Of a stretch of 24,000 bases of DNA, positions 9,053 to 16,402 are shown piece after piece. The first letter of the stretch is position 1. Each line of letters begins with the position of its first letter. The stretch is from contig DXJV01000068.1 in the NCBI GenBank assembly GCA_019056785.1, forward strand, positions 117,954-141,953, read 5' to 3'. Source of the stretch: Candidatus Heimdallarchaeota archaeon (lineage in GTDB: Archaea; Asgardarchaeota; Heimdallarchaeia; JABLTI01). Below the pieces are notes generated by a model. The model was not told the origin of the DNA, did not search any database, and saw only the letters and a program-made list of their open reading frames with translations. The position numbers were made by a program, and so were the translations under genes.

Positions 9053-9688
9053 TTAGTTTTTGATTAATTGTTTGGCTAAACGAACTGCTTCAACGGCATT
9101 TTCAGCCGTACCATCGGCACCAATTTCTTCCACCCACTTTTTTGTTACCGGCGCCCCTCCGACAAGAACTTTGAATCTATTGCGAAGTCCTTGCTCAATC
9201 AAGCGGTCTATAAGTTTCTTCTGCCCAACCATTGTCGTTGTGAGCAAAGAAGAAATGCAAATAAGGTCAGCATCAACCTCGAGAGCTTTTGAGATAAACG
9301 TCTCTATAGGGACGTCGTGTCCCAAGTCAAACACTTCGAACCCTTCTGCAGAAAGCATTGCAGCAACCAGTGTTTTACCAATATCATGAATGTCACCAAA
9401 AATTGTCCCGATAACGACTTTGCCAAGCGTTCGCTTTTTCATCTTCGCCCCCAGCTTTGGTTGGAGGATTGCCATTGCAGCCTTCATAGCCTCCGCACTC
9501 CGCATCAACTCTGGAAGGAAAAATTCTCCTTCTTCGAACAAGTCACCGGCTTTACGAATAGCTTCTGAGAACGCATCAACAATTGCAGGTATGTCCATTC
9601 CGGCGGCAATTGCCTCAGATGCGAGTTTTTGTGCAAGAGCCTTGTCACCTGTTAAGATTGCTTTTTGGTAGTCGTTTGAAAAAGGCAC
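9053..9688 (-). CDS. Corrinoid (cobalamin-binding) protein, MtbC/MttC/MtgC-like: B12 cap plus Rossmann domain
   Basis: B12-binding signature DxHxxG (GDIHDIGK), SxL (ISSLLTTT) and GG (VLVGGAPVT). The N-terminal helical cap is NDYQKAILTGDKALAQKLASEAIAAGMD. GTG start with an AGGA-type SD. Confidence 0.9.
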   Translation of the reverse strand: MPFSNDYQKAILTGDKALAQKLASEAIAAGMDIPAIVDAFSEAIRKAGDLFEEGEFFLPELMRSAEAMKAAMAILQPKLGAKMKKRTLGKVVIGTIFGDIHDIGKTLVAAMLSAEGFEVFDLGHDVPIETFISKALEVDADLICISSLLTTTMVGQKKLIDRLIEQGLRNRFKVLVGGAPVTKKWVEEIGADGTAENAVEAVRLAKQLIKN

Positions 9689-9787
9689 TCTTCCTAACCT
9701 ACTTTTGTAAATGTTTACCTTCTACTGTGGGAAAAAAGCTATTTAGACTTTACCTAGAAAGGGGAAGGGAGAAAAAAAAGAAAAAGC

Positions 9788-10549
9788 TTATTCTTTGCTC
9801 TTTTTTTCTGCTTGTTGAAGATATTCGAGAACCATCTGATCGACAGTATTAAAACCTAGCACCACAGCAAGCTCGTCGAGAACTTTATGTGCATGTTCCC
9901 GAATCTGCTCAGAATCATCTTTCTGAGAGATGTCATATAATAAAGGTATGAAACTAACGTCGTCAAGCTTGCCTATTGCTCGAGTGGCGATAAATCGAAG
10001 TTCTTCACTATATTCCGCGCCTGTACATTTACGAAGAAGCTCTTTCGTCTGTCCATCATCGTAGAGGCCAATAATCTCAAGGAGACAACTCTTTAGTTCC
10101 TCGTTCTTTTCAAGGGTAAAAAGTCGTAAGAGCTCGGGAATGATACTTGCATCACGAAGATACATTGTAGTACCCACAAGGACATCTCGAACAGTTTTAT
10201 CCTTTTCTTTGAGGAGGAGGTGGAGAATATCAAGGGCTTTAACCTTATTAGTGAAAAAGCGAAGACCGCCTGCAGCATTGCGCCGTGTCTCAGAATCATC
10301 ATCGTTCTTAAGAACTTCAAGGAGCACTTCTAATACCTCGTCCCCACCAAGTAAAGAGAGGGAGAGAACGATTGCTCGACGAACTTCGTGGATTTGTTCT
10401 GCTTGCAACAATTTAATCAAAGGTTTTGTTGCGCGTGGGTCCATGGATCGGCCAAGCATCTCAGCTGCATTGCGTCGAACAGCCGGGTCCTTGTCTTTTA
10501 ATAATTGGATGTTGCGTTCAATAGCATTTTTCCCAGTCAACAAAATCAC
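9788..10549 (-). CDS. HEAT-repeat (PBS-lyase-like) protein
   Basis: Repeated DPAVRRNAAEMLG / EVRRAIVLSLSLLG / SETRRNAAGGL / ELRFIATRAIGKL helical-repeat units. GTG start. Confidence 0.7.
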   Translation of the reverse strand: MILLTGKNAIERNIQLLKDKDPAVRRNAAEMLGRSMDPRATKPLIKLLQAEQIHEVRRAIVLSLSLLGGDEVLEVLLEVLKNDDDSETRRNAAGGLRFFTNKVKALDILHLLLKEKDKTVRDVLVGTTMYLRDASIIPELLRLFTLEKNEELKSCLLEIIGLYDDGQTKELLRKCTGAEYSEELRFIATRAIGKLDDVSFIPLLYDISQKDDSEQIREHAHKVLDELAVVLGFNTVDQMVLEYLQQAEKKSKE

Positions 10550-10640
10550 TGGTTAAAATTACTTGTGGAATCACTTTTAAAATAGCTCTTGTTTATGATG
10601 TTTAATGGCAACAATTTTCATCGAGTGTATTTAATGCTCG

Positions 10641-10657
10641 AAAAAAGATTTAAATAA
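10641..10657 (+). promoter_or_regulatory. Archaeal BRE/TATA-like element upstream of the tRNA gene
   Basis: A purine-rich stretch AAAAAAGA is followed by TTTAAATAA (10649-10657), about 30 nt upstream of tRNA position 1 (10686). That spacing is expected for an archaeal promoter. Confidence 0.5.
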
Positions 10658-10685
10658 TTATTGAATCTCTGGAAAGGATAACCAC

Positions 10686-10793
10686 GGGCCGTTAGCTCAG
10701 CTTGGTAGAGCATCGGGCTCATAAGACTTGCACTTGTGAGTGCTCGCCGGAAACACCCGAGTGTCACTGGTTCAAATCCGGTACGGCCCACCA
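10686..10793 (+). tRNA. tRNA with CAU anticodon (Met or, more likely from overall similarity to tRNA-Ile, agmatidine-type Ile2); 31-nt intron at 37/38; genomically encoded CCA
   Basis: Hand-folded cloverleaf. Acceptor GGGCCGT/ACGGCCC; D arm GCTC-AGCTTGGTA-GAGC; anticodon arm TCGGG-CTCATAA-CCCGA once 10724-10754 is removed; variable loop GTGTC; T arm ACTGG-TTCAAAT-CCGGT; discriminator A plus CCA. The anticodon is at 10720-10722. Confidence 0.9.
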
Positions 10794-10916
10794 CTTGATT
10801 TTCCCTTTTGTATCTCAGTTTTTTTATAAAACCATCGCAATATTATTAGCCAAAAATCACCTTCTTTTTTCCACAATATTTGGAGTATTATCTCCGTTGG
10901 GTTGTGACAATAGATA

Positions 10917-11780
10917 ATGCGAATTGGTTTTGGCTTGGAACCGATCAAAGGCCTTTCGATAGACTTGATCATTTATTTATTGCGGAAAATTCTCCTCGAG
11001 CATTTTGAATTTAATTGGCGTATCATCCCAAAAGTCGACCTTGTATTGAAAAGCTTGGGAAGCGCCACCACTACTTTTCATCTCCCCATTTACAACCGTG
11101 ATGGGTTTGATTTTTCATCAATAAATACGCGTTACGAGATTCAAATATCTGAAGTTATTTCTTTCGTTAATCAACGGAAAGATGATTTGAACATGATATT
11201 TGTTCTTGCTCATGCTCCAGAAGATCCAAATCATTCTTATAAGCTTATGTTTCAGCGTCTGGCACAAATTAACGCTCCAATCGTCCTCGAAAATGTTGCC
11301 GGACAATCTGAAGAATACTTCTTGGACTTCTATCGTCAAGCAAAAGACTTTCTGGGGGCTCATCTTGCTGGTTTTGCTCTTGACATCTCTCATCGGTTTG
11401 TTACTGACCCTGAGAATTGGTTGAATATCCCGGAAGAATTAAAGGAAGATATCGCTTATGTCCACATTTCTGATTGTACAAAAACAGAAGACCTCCATTT
11501 GCCTTTAGGGTTTGGGGAGCTGCCTTACAATGAATTTTTCGCTTTCCTAAAAGAGATTGGCTATAATGGGGTGATTAATCAAGAACTAAAACCAAATGGC
11601 GATCAAGCTGAAGCAATTATGTCCTCGAGTCAGTTATGTATTAAACCTTTTTCCAAGACGAAATATCTGCGCATGAAATTCAGGGGCGCTATAATGCGTC
11701 TAATTTTAAAACGTCGCCGAAAGGATTTTACGGAAGTTATTGGCCGCACTGCTGATGAAATTGGTTATGATTTTGTATAG
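10917..11780 (+). CDS. Xylose-isomerase-like / AP-endonuclease-family-2 TIM-barrel protein (paralog 1)
   Basis: The spacing of metal-ligand-type residues fits the fold: TTFHLP, LAHAPE, VLEN, LDISHRF, YVHISD, DLHLPLGFGELPY, INQE. It is clearly homologous along its whole length to the ORF at 19743-20579. Confidence 0.7.
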   Translation: MRIGFGLEPIKGLSIDLIIYLLRKILLEHFEFNWRIIPKVDLVLKSLGSATTTFHLPIYNRDGFDFSSINTRYEIQISEVISFVNQRKDDLNMIFVLAHAPEDPNHSYKLMFQRLAQINAPIVLENVAGQSEEYFLDFYRQAKDFLGAHLAGFALDISHRFVTDPENWLNIPEELKEDIAYVHISDCTKTEDLHLPLGFGELPYNEFFAFLKEIGYNGVINQELKPNGDQAEAIMSSSQLCIKPFSKTKYLRMKFRGAIMRLILKRRRKDFTEVIGRTADEIGYDFV

Positions 11781-11805
11781 AGGATAGGAGCATCACCAGA
11801 AAATT

Positions 11806-13140
11806 TCAGACTTCAAATGCTCTGTGAATCCGAATGAGTTTTCCAGAAAAACGGTTTTTTATCGGCGCTTCAAATCGCACTTCAACCCGAGGTGTTCGGC
11901 ATTTATAACTGTTAAAAACTCGTGCAATGTTTTTTTGGAGTGTTTCAGCTAATTCCTCATTCTTCATCTCTTTCCTCTGGAGGAGAACCCTTACAACCAC
12001 TTTAGTCGGGCTTTTTTGAACAGCTTGATATTCTTCAATGTGTTCTGAACTTATGATTATTGCTCGTCGAATATAGTCAGGAAAGATATACTGTAATTCA
12101 TTAGTGTCTTTTCTCTCGCCCCAGAACATGTCGTCCGCTCGCCCCATGATGTGTTCTATCACTCGAAATGATGAGCCACAAGAGCATTTTTCAAGAGAAA
12201 GGGTGATAATATCATTCAACTCGAATCGTACAATTGGTTGTGAGGTTTTGTGCAAGTCAGTGACAACAGATTGAAAACAGGGTGTGCCTGCAGGTGTTTC
12301 TGTTCCATCCTTATTAAGGAGTTGTAATTTCACCAAGTCTTCATTGATATGTAACGAGCCTGCCTTACAAGTAAGTCCTAATGCCCCTTCACTTGCCTGG
12401 TAAATTTGATGTATTGGTGTACGAAATATCTCTTCCAGTTCCGTCTTGATCTCCGGCTCAAGAACTTCGGCATAGGAAACAACACGTTTCGGTTGAATGG
12501 ACAGTCTTTCCTCTTGAATTTCTCTTGCAAGGATTTTCAACATAGAGGGAGGAGCAGATAAGATATTTGGTTGAAAAGACTCAAGCCGCCGGCGAAGAAC
12601 CTCTAATGGAAGCTTTAGGCTGAAATGAGTCAGCTGTTGCCCGAACTTTTTTACTTGAAAGGCCGGGGTGGTGATTCTGAGGAGAAATGCCCAACGCATT
12701 CGAAGAACCCGTGGAAAGCTAAAGCGTGCAAAAAATGCTGCTTGGAGGTATTTTTCCTCGGCAGGACTTGTAATAACTATTCCCCGATTGCCGCTCGTGC
12801 CGGAAGAGAGGGCAACATTAAAACCCTTTAATCGTTCACCATAGCGCTCCTCCTTTTCAACGCGAGTGGTAAATGCCAGGAGCTCTTCTTTTGTTAATCC
12901 AACAGTATTGTAGGTGGTCAAATTCTCCATCATGACCTTTTTATTAACAGTTGGCAGAGCCCAGACAGCAGAAAGATCCACCCTTCGATAAAGTTCTCTG
13001 AAAAAAACTGATTTAGAAACAATGAACTTTACAACCCTCTGTGCTTCCTTTAATTGATAGCCTGCGATCTTCTCGGGAGAAAATCTCTTGAAACGTCTTT
13101 TACAGCCAATGAAAAAGCGGAGAAAAGAATTCGTTTCCAT
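11806..13140 (-). CDS. PaaK / coenzyme F390 synthetase-like adenylate-forming enzyme
   Basis: ANL-superfamily motifs are present: SSGTSGNRG (P-loop-like, compare SSGTTGKP), YQASEG (compare YGxTE) and MGRADDMF (compare GRxDDM of PaaK). 444 aa with an ATG start. Confidence 0.75.
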   Translation of the reverse strand: METNSFLRFFIGCKRRFKRFSPEKIAGYQLKEAQRVVKFIVSKSVFFRELYRRVDLSAVWALPTVNKKVMMENLTTYNTVGLTKEELLAFTTRVEKEERYGERLKGFNVALSSGTSGNRGIVITSPAEEKYLQAAFFARFSFPRVLRMRWAFLLRITTPAFQVKKFGQQLTHFSLKLPLEVLRRRLESFQPNILSAPPSMLKILAREIQEERLSIQPKRVVSYAEVLEPEIKTELEEIFRTPIHQIYQASEGALGLTCKAGSLHINEDLVKLQLLNKDGTETPAGTPCFQSVVTDLHKTSQPIVRFELNDIITLSLEKCSCGSSFRVIEHIMGRADDMFWGERKDTNELQYIFPDYIRRAIIISSEHIEEYQAVQKSPTKVVVRVLLQRKEMKNEELAETLQKNIARVFNSYKCRTPRVEVRFEAPIKNRFSGKLIRIHRAFEV

Positions 13141-13470
13141 TTTTAAACACTCGTAAGTTACTTTGTCCTTTACTGCTAATCTTCGCTTTTACTGTTAATA
13201 AATACTTTATCCCTCCCAAAATTTGTACTACTGGAAAGCGATTGCATTGTTAGAAACGTGAAACGGCCAACAATTTTGTTTAGTGCATCTTTCCCATACC
13301 TTTATATAGCCATTGCACGTTTCACCAATTGTATACATTTGATGAATTATGATATGGGAATGAAGTCTTTTTTTGATGAGCCTTAACAAAGGCACTCTTG
13401 AAAAGAGCAATCTTTGGGCCTATTTTCTTTGTTCTTCTTGTATAACACAAATATTTGGTGAAAATATAAA

Positions 13471-13629
13471 ATGAGTAGATATGGTAACTACAGCAGACCA
13501 CCCCGAGAAATGTATAAAGTAACTTGCGCTGATTGTGGTATTGAAACAGAAGTTCCTTTCAAGCCTGATGGTGAACGACCTGTTTACTGCCAAGAATGTT
13601 ACAGAAAACGAAAACCAAGAAGATATTAG
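13471..13629 (+). CDS. 52-aa zinc-ribbon protein with a CxxC-x17-CxxC domain, absent from the ORF track
   Basis: Hand translation: MSRYGNYSRPPREMYKVTCADCGIETEVPFKPDGERPVYCQECYRKRKPRRY. There are exactly 17 residues between the two CxxC pairs. ATG start with GGTGA 11 nt upstream; basic tail. Confidence 0.7.
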   Translation: MSRYGNYSRPPREMYKVTCADCGIETEVPFKPDGERPVYCQECYRKRKPRRY

Positions 13630-13919
13630 GTAAACGCCTAAAATTTATCTAGTATTTTTTCATTCCTAGTGAAAATCATAACTTCATCTCGAATGTTGGT
13701 TTTCACTTCTTTTTTAATTTTAGATTTTTCTCATTTTTTCAATAGAGCTGACCTTTTGCTAGCCTTCAGTGAATCTTCCTTTAAAACCGACATTTTACTT
13801 GGCCATTGCTGATGATCCTAAAAAAGAAATAGTGAAAGGAGGAGTGTGATATTCTTACAGGGACTCCTCAATTGTTTTTGCCCTCTCAAAGCAAAATTCC
13901 TACCACAATCAATCCGTAA

Positions 13920-14057
13920 CTATTGACCATCATCGCCAATAGGCCCTGGTTCAACAGTTGGGTCTCCTCGTACTTCCTGGATGGCTGCTGTTCCTCCGAT
14001 TAGGAGTCCTAGCAACAATACTGCTAGACTAATAACTTTTGGGTTGATTTTCTTCAT
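13920..14057 (-). CDS. Putative 45-aa secreted or membrane-anchored micro-protein
   Basis: Hand translation: MKKINPKVISLAVLLLGLLIGGTAAIQEVRGDPTVEPGPIGDDGQ. It has a signal-peptide-like n/h region followed by an acidic, Pro/Gly-rich tail. ATG start with GGTGA 10 nt upstream, the same SD type as neighbouring genes. Confidence 0.4.
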   Translation of the reverse strand: MKKINPKVISLAVLLLGLLIGGTAAIQEVRGDPTVEPGPIGDDGQ

Positions 14058-14185
14058 TTTTGTTTATCACCTTGCTACAGTTTTTTACATCACTTTTGTC
14101 GATGAATACCTCGATTATGGGTAGTTGCGACTACATAATTTATAGTCTCTTATTCCAAAATAATCTTTAGCTACTCCCATGGTGG

Positions 14186-14247
14186 CAATCTAATCGAAAA
14201 AAATCTTTGTTAAACGCTTTTAAAGTCAAAAAATCGCCATTAGATTG
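14186..14247. repeat. Inverted repeat CAATCTAAT ... ATTAGATTG (9 bp arms, 44-nt A/T-rich spacer) in the leader of the 597-aa gene
   Basis: Read directly: 14186-14194 is CAATCTAAT and 14239-14247 is ATTAGATTG, its exact reverse complement. The adjacent CG/CG can extend the pairing with a 2-nt bulge. Confidence 0.5.
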
Positions 14248-14383
14248 GGGTGCCCTTTTTTCTCGATTTTTGAGTTAGGAATTAGGAAAAAACATTAGAT
14301 ATTTATTTAAGTAAAGAGATTTTAATTAGCAAAAAAGAACAAATAAAAGACTGTCTCTCTATATATTATAAAGTGGGAACTCG

Positions 14384-16177
14384 ATGAAACATATTGATAT
14401 CCAGAAATTAGCAGAAGATTTAGCTGTCCTTGAGACATTGGCTATAAAAGAGGTTGATCAAAGAGTTTCCATATTAAATGATTTACAAACAGTTTTTCAG
14501 AACAAGCTTAAAGCTTATACAAAAAAGAAGCCACATTGGCCGCAACGAAGAATTGTCTTAGGGCAAGTTGAAGATAATATGGGAGTGCATTATGCGATTA
14601 AGAGAACCTCGACCAAAACCATTCTTGCAACATGGATCTTTAATTTGCAACCTAAAACACGTTTCTACTTGCTTTCTTTCTTCACAGCAAAAGAGGCCTT
14701 GCTCCCTTTTTTCGCTCAAATTCCAACTGAAGAAGAAGAGGCGATAATTAACATACTTGCGATTCTTCTTCTTAGAGAGATCTATCAAATTCAATCTTTA
14801 GAAAATCCTTTACTTTCAGCCATCCGCTCGAAAATTTATTCTGAATTAATAGCTAATATCAGTTATCTATTATGGGACAATATGCTGGTCATGCTGATTA
14901 CAAAAAAAGTCCCTTTAATTGACGCCTTTTTAGAATTTGACAAACTTCTCAATTCAAAAGAGCAATTACTTCAAAGGAAGCGCTCATTCACTTCTAAGTT
15001 TATGGAATGGGTTAATGAACGAACTATTACAGAACTAGATGCTATTCTCCCCCTTTTTATTCATTATAAATTGATTGAGCTGATAGAGAACTTTTTAGAG
15101 CTCGGGTATGAGCTTAGCTCGACTTCTTTTATTGCTCGTAAATTGAAACTCTCTCAGAAGACCGTTACTAACCGGTTCAAAGCATTAAATGAAAGCTATT
15201 CCACCTTTTGGCTCACAGAAATTAATTTTGAGGAAATGAACTTACATAATTATTTTATCAAGATAACTCTCGCAAAAGAGAAATATCTCAAACCTTTGGC
15301 TACAAAACTGCTCGAAAATCCTTATATACAAAACATCTACACCGGCTTTGATTCAAATAGCGCTATAATCTATTCGCCCCGATTTATTTGCCCGCATATT
15401 GTCTCTGAACGGTTGCATGAACATTTGCGAAAAATAGCTCGTGAGGGGATTGTCTCTGATTTTTCTGTGAGTTTAATTCGAGAGAAATATCGTTATTTTA
15501 CTTTAAGTGAGCGTCCTATCACCTTGAAAAAGATCGCGCCCTTTGAACAAATGGTAAAAACTTTGGAACCTTCTTTAAGAAAGTATCTCTTTTCTCACAT
15601 TAAACGGAGTTCGACTATCCCTGAAAAAGACAAACCAGTCAATTTTGATTATAATCTTCTTTCCTTTCTTTCCATTATCAAAGGGAAATACCTTTTGCGA
15701 GCTCGCTATGCTGTTTGGATTAATGAATTCAAAGACTTTTATCTCCGGAACAAAATCTCTCCTACCAATGTCAAAGAGCAGATTAATTTACTCTATTACT
15801 ATGAATTGCAGGCCAAAAAGAAAAAACTCATTAATTTTTCTCTCTACATTCGCTCGCTGATGAAACGAGCACCAAATGTCTTAATTATAGAGCTACCAAC
15901 CTCTGATTTATCTAATGAAGAACTAAATGCCGTTATTGACAAGCTGCGTATTCTTTCTTTTTTGGGGCAAGTTGATTTATATGACCGGCATCTCTTTCAA
16001 ATTCTCGGTATTTCCCATAGCCATCCTCTTGCAAAGAGCATTGAGCAATTCCTTGTCGATGAAGGGCTTTCACCAAGTCTTTATACCATTAAATTACAGA
16101 AAACAAAGTTTTTGCCATTTCATGAGCTCTATGATTATGAAGAACAGAAATGGAAAATTGAAGGGATTTCTTTCTAA
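14384..16177 (+). CDS. Uncharacterised 597-aa protein with at least one Lrp/AsnC-like HTH plus small alpha/beta (RAM-like) module
   Basis: A long ORF in the most AT-rich part of the window. The segment ELSSTSFIARKLKLSQKTVTNRFKALNES is followed by LHNYFIKITLAKEKYLKPLATKLLENPYIQNIYTGFDSNSAIIYS, which looks like HTH_AsnC plus an effector-type domain. No enzymatic motif (P-loop, nuclease, etc.) was recognised. A TATA-like CTATATATTATAAAG lies 11-25 nt upstream of the ATG, so the mRNA may be leaderless. Confidence 0.6.
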   Translation: MKHIDIQKLAEDLAVLETLAIKEVDQRVSILNDLQTVFQNKLKAYTKKKPHWPQRRIVLGQVEDNMGVHYAIKRTSTKTILATWIFNLQPKTRFYLLSFFTAKEALLPFFAQIPTEEEEAIINILAILLLREIYQIQSLENPLLSAIRSKIYSELIANISYLLWDNMLVMLITKKVPLIDAFLEFDKLLNSKEQLLQRKRSFTSKFMEWVNERTITELDAILPLFIHYKLIELIENFLELGYELSSTSFIARKLKLSQKTVTNRFKALNESYSTFWLTEINFEEMNLHNYFIKITLAKEKYLKPLATKLLENPYIQNIYTGFDSNSAIIYSPRFICPHIVSERLHEHLRKIAREGIVSDFSVSLIREKYRYFTLSERPITLKKIAPFEQMVKTLEPSLRKYLFSHIKRSSTIPEKDKPVNFDYNLLSFLSIIKGKYLLRARYAVWINEFKDFYLRNKISPTNVKEQINLLYYYELQAKKKKLINFSLYIRSLMKRAPNVLIIELPTSDLSNEELNAVIDKLRILSFLGQVDLYDRHLFQILGISHSHPLAKSIEQFLVDEGLSPSLYTIKLQKTKFLPFHELYDYEEQKWKIEGISF

Positions 16178-16402
16178 GAGCATGCCTTTAAAGGCTAGGA
16201 TTACTTTTGCCCTTTTTTTACTATGAACATTTTTTTTACAAATTTTCAAGTTAGGTTTGTGACTATGGTAAAAAAACGCTCTTGTTAGTTTTTCAGTTGA
16301 ATTGAAATTTCCTCTACGTTTGAAGTTTCTGAAGGAAAACAGCATTTAGAAGGCATAAAAATTAAGAGAAAGAAAGAGAAAAAGGAATATGGGTCCAAAA
16401 AA

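Noticed and set aside
10702-10917. 71-aa ORF starting inside the tRNA gene
   Set aside because: It overlaps the tRNA body and its T-rich trailer, and the translation is nonsense-like. The tRNA explains the region.
13340-13379. Pair of TGATGA boxes suggesting a C/D-box sRNA
   Set aside because: No CUGA D or D' box lies at the required ~12-nt spacing after either box, and none occurs anywhere in 13330-13440. No terminal stem is present. It was kept only as a weak generic sRNA candidate.
13228-13410. 60-aa minus-strand ORF in the ligase/Zn-ribbon spacer
   Set aside because: There is no SD or plausible promoter spacing, the composition-driven translation has no motif, and it overlaps the TATA-like element.
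13630-14383. Replication origin (AT-rich spacer with inverted repeats, primase genes in the same window)
   Set aside because: There is only one repeat pair, with no multiple ORB-like boxes and no orc1/cdc6 gene adjacent. The primase genes are 10 kb away and unrelated to origin placement.
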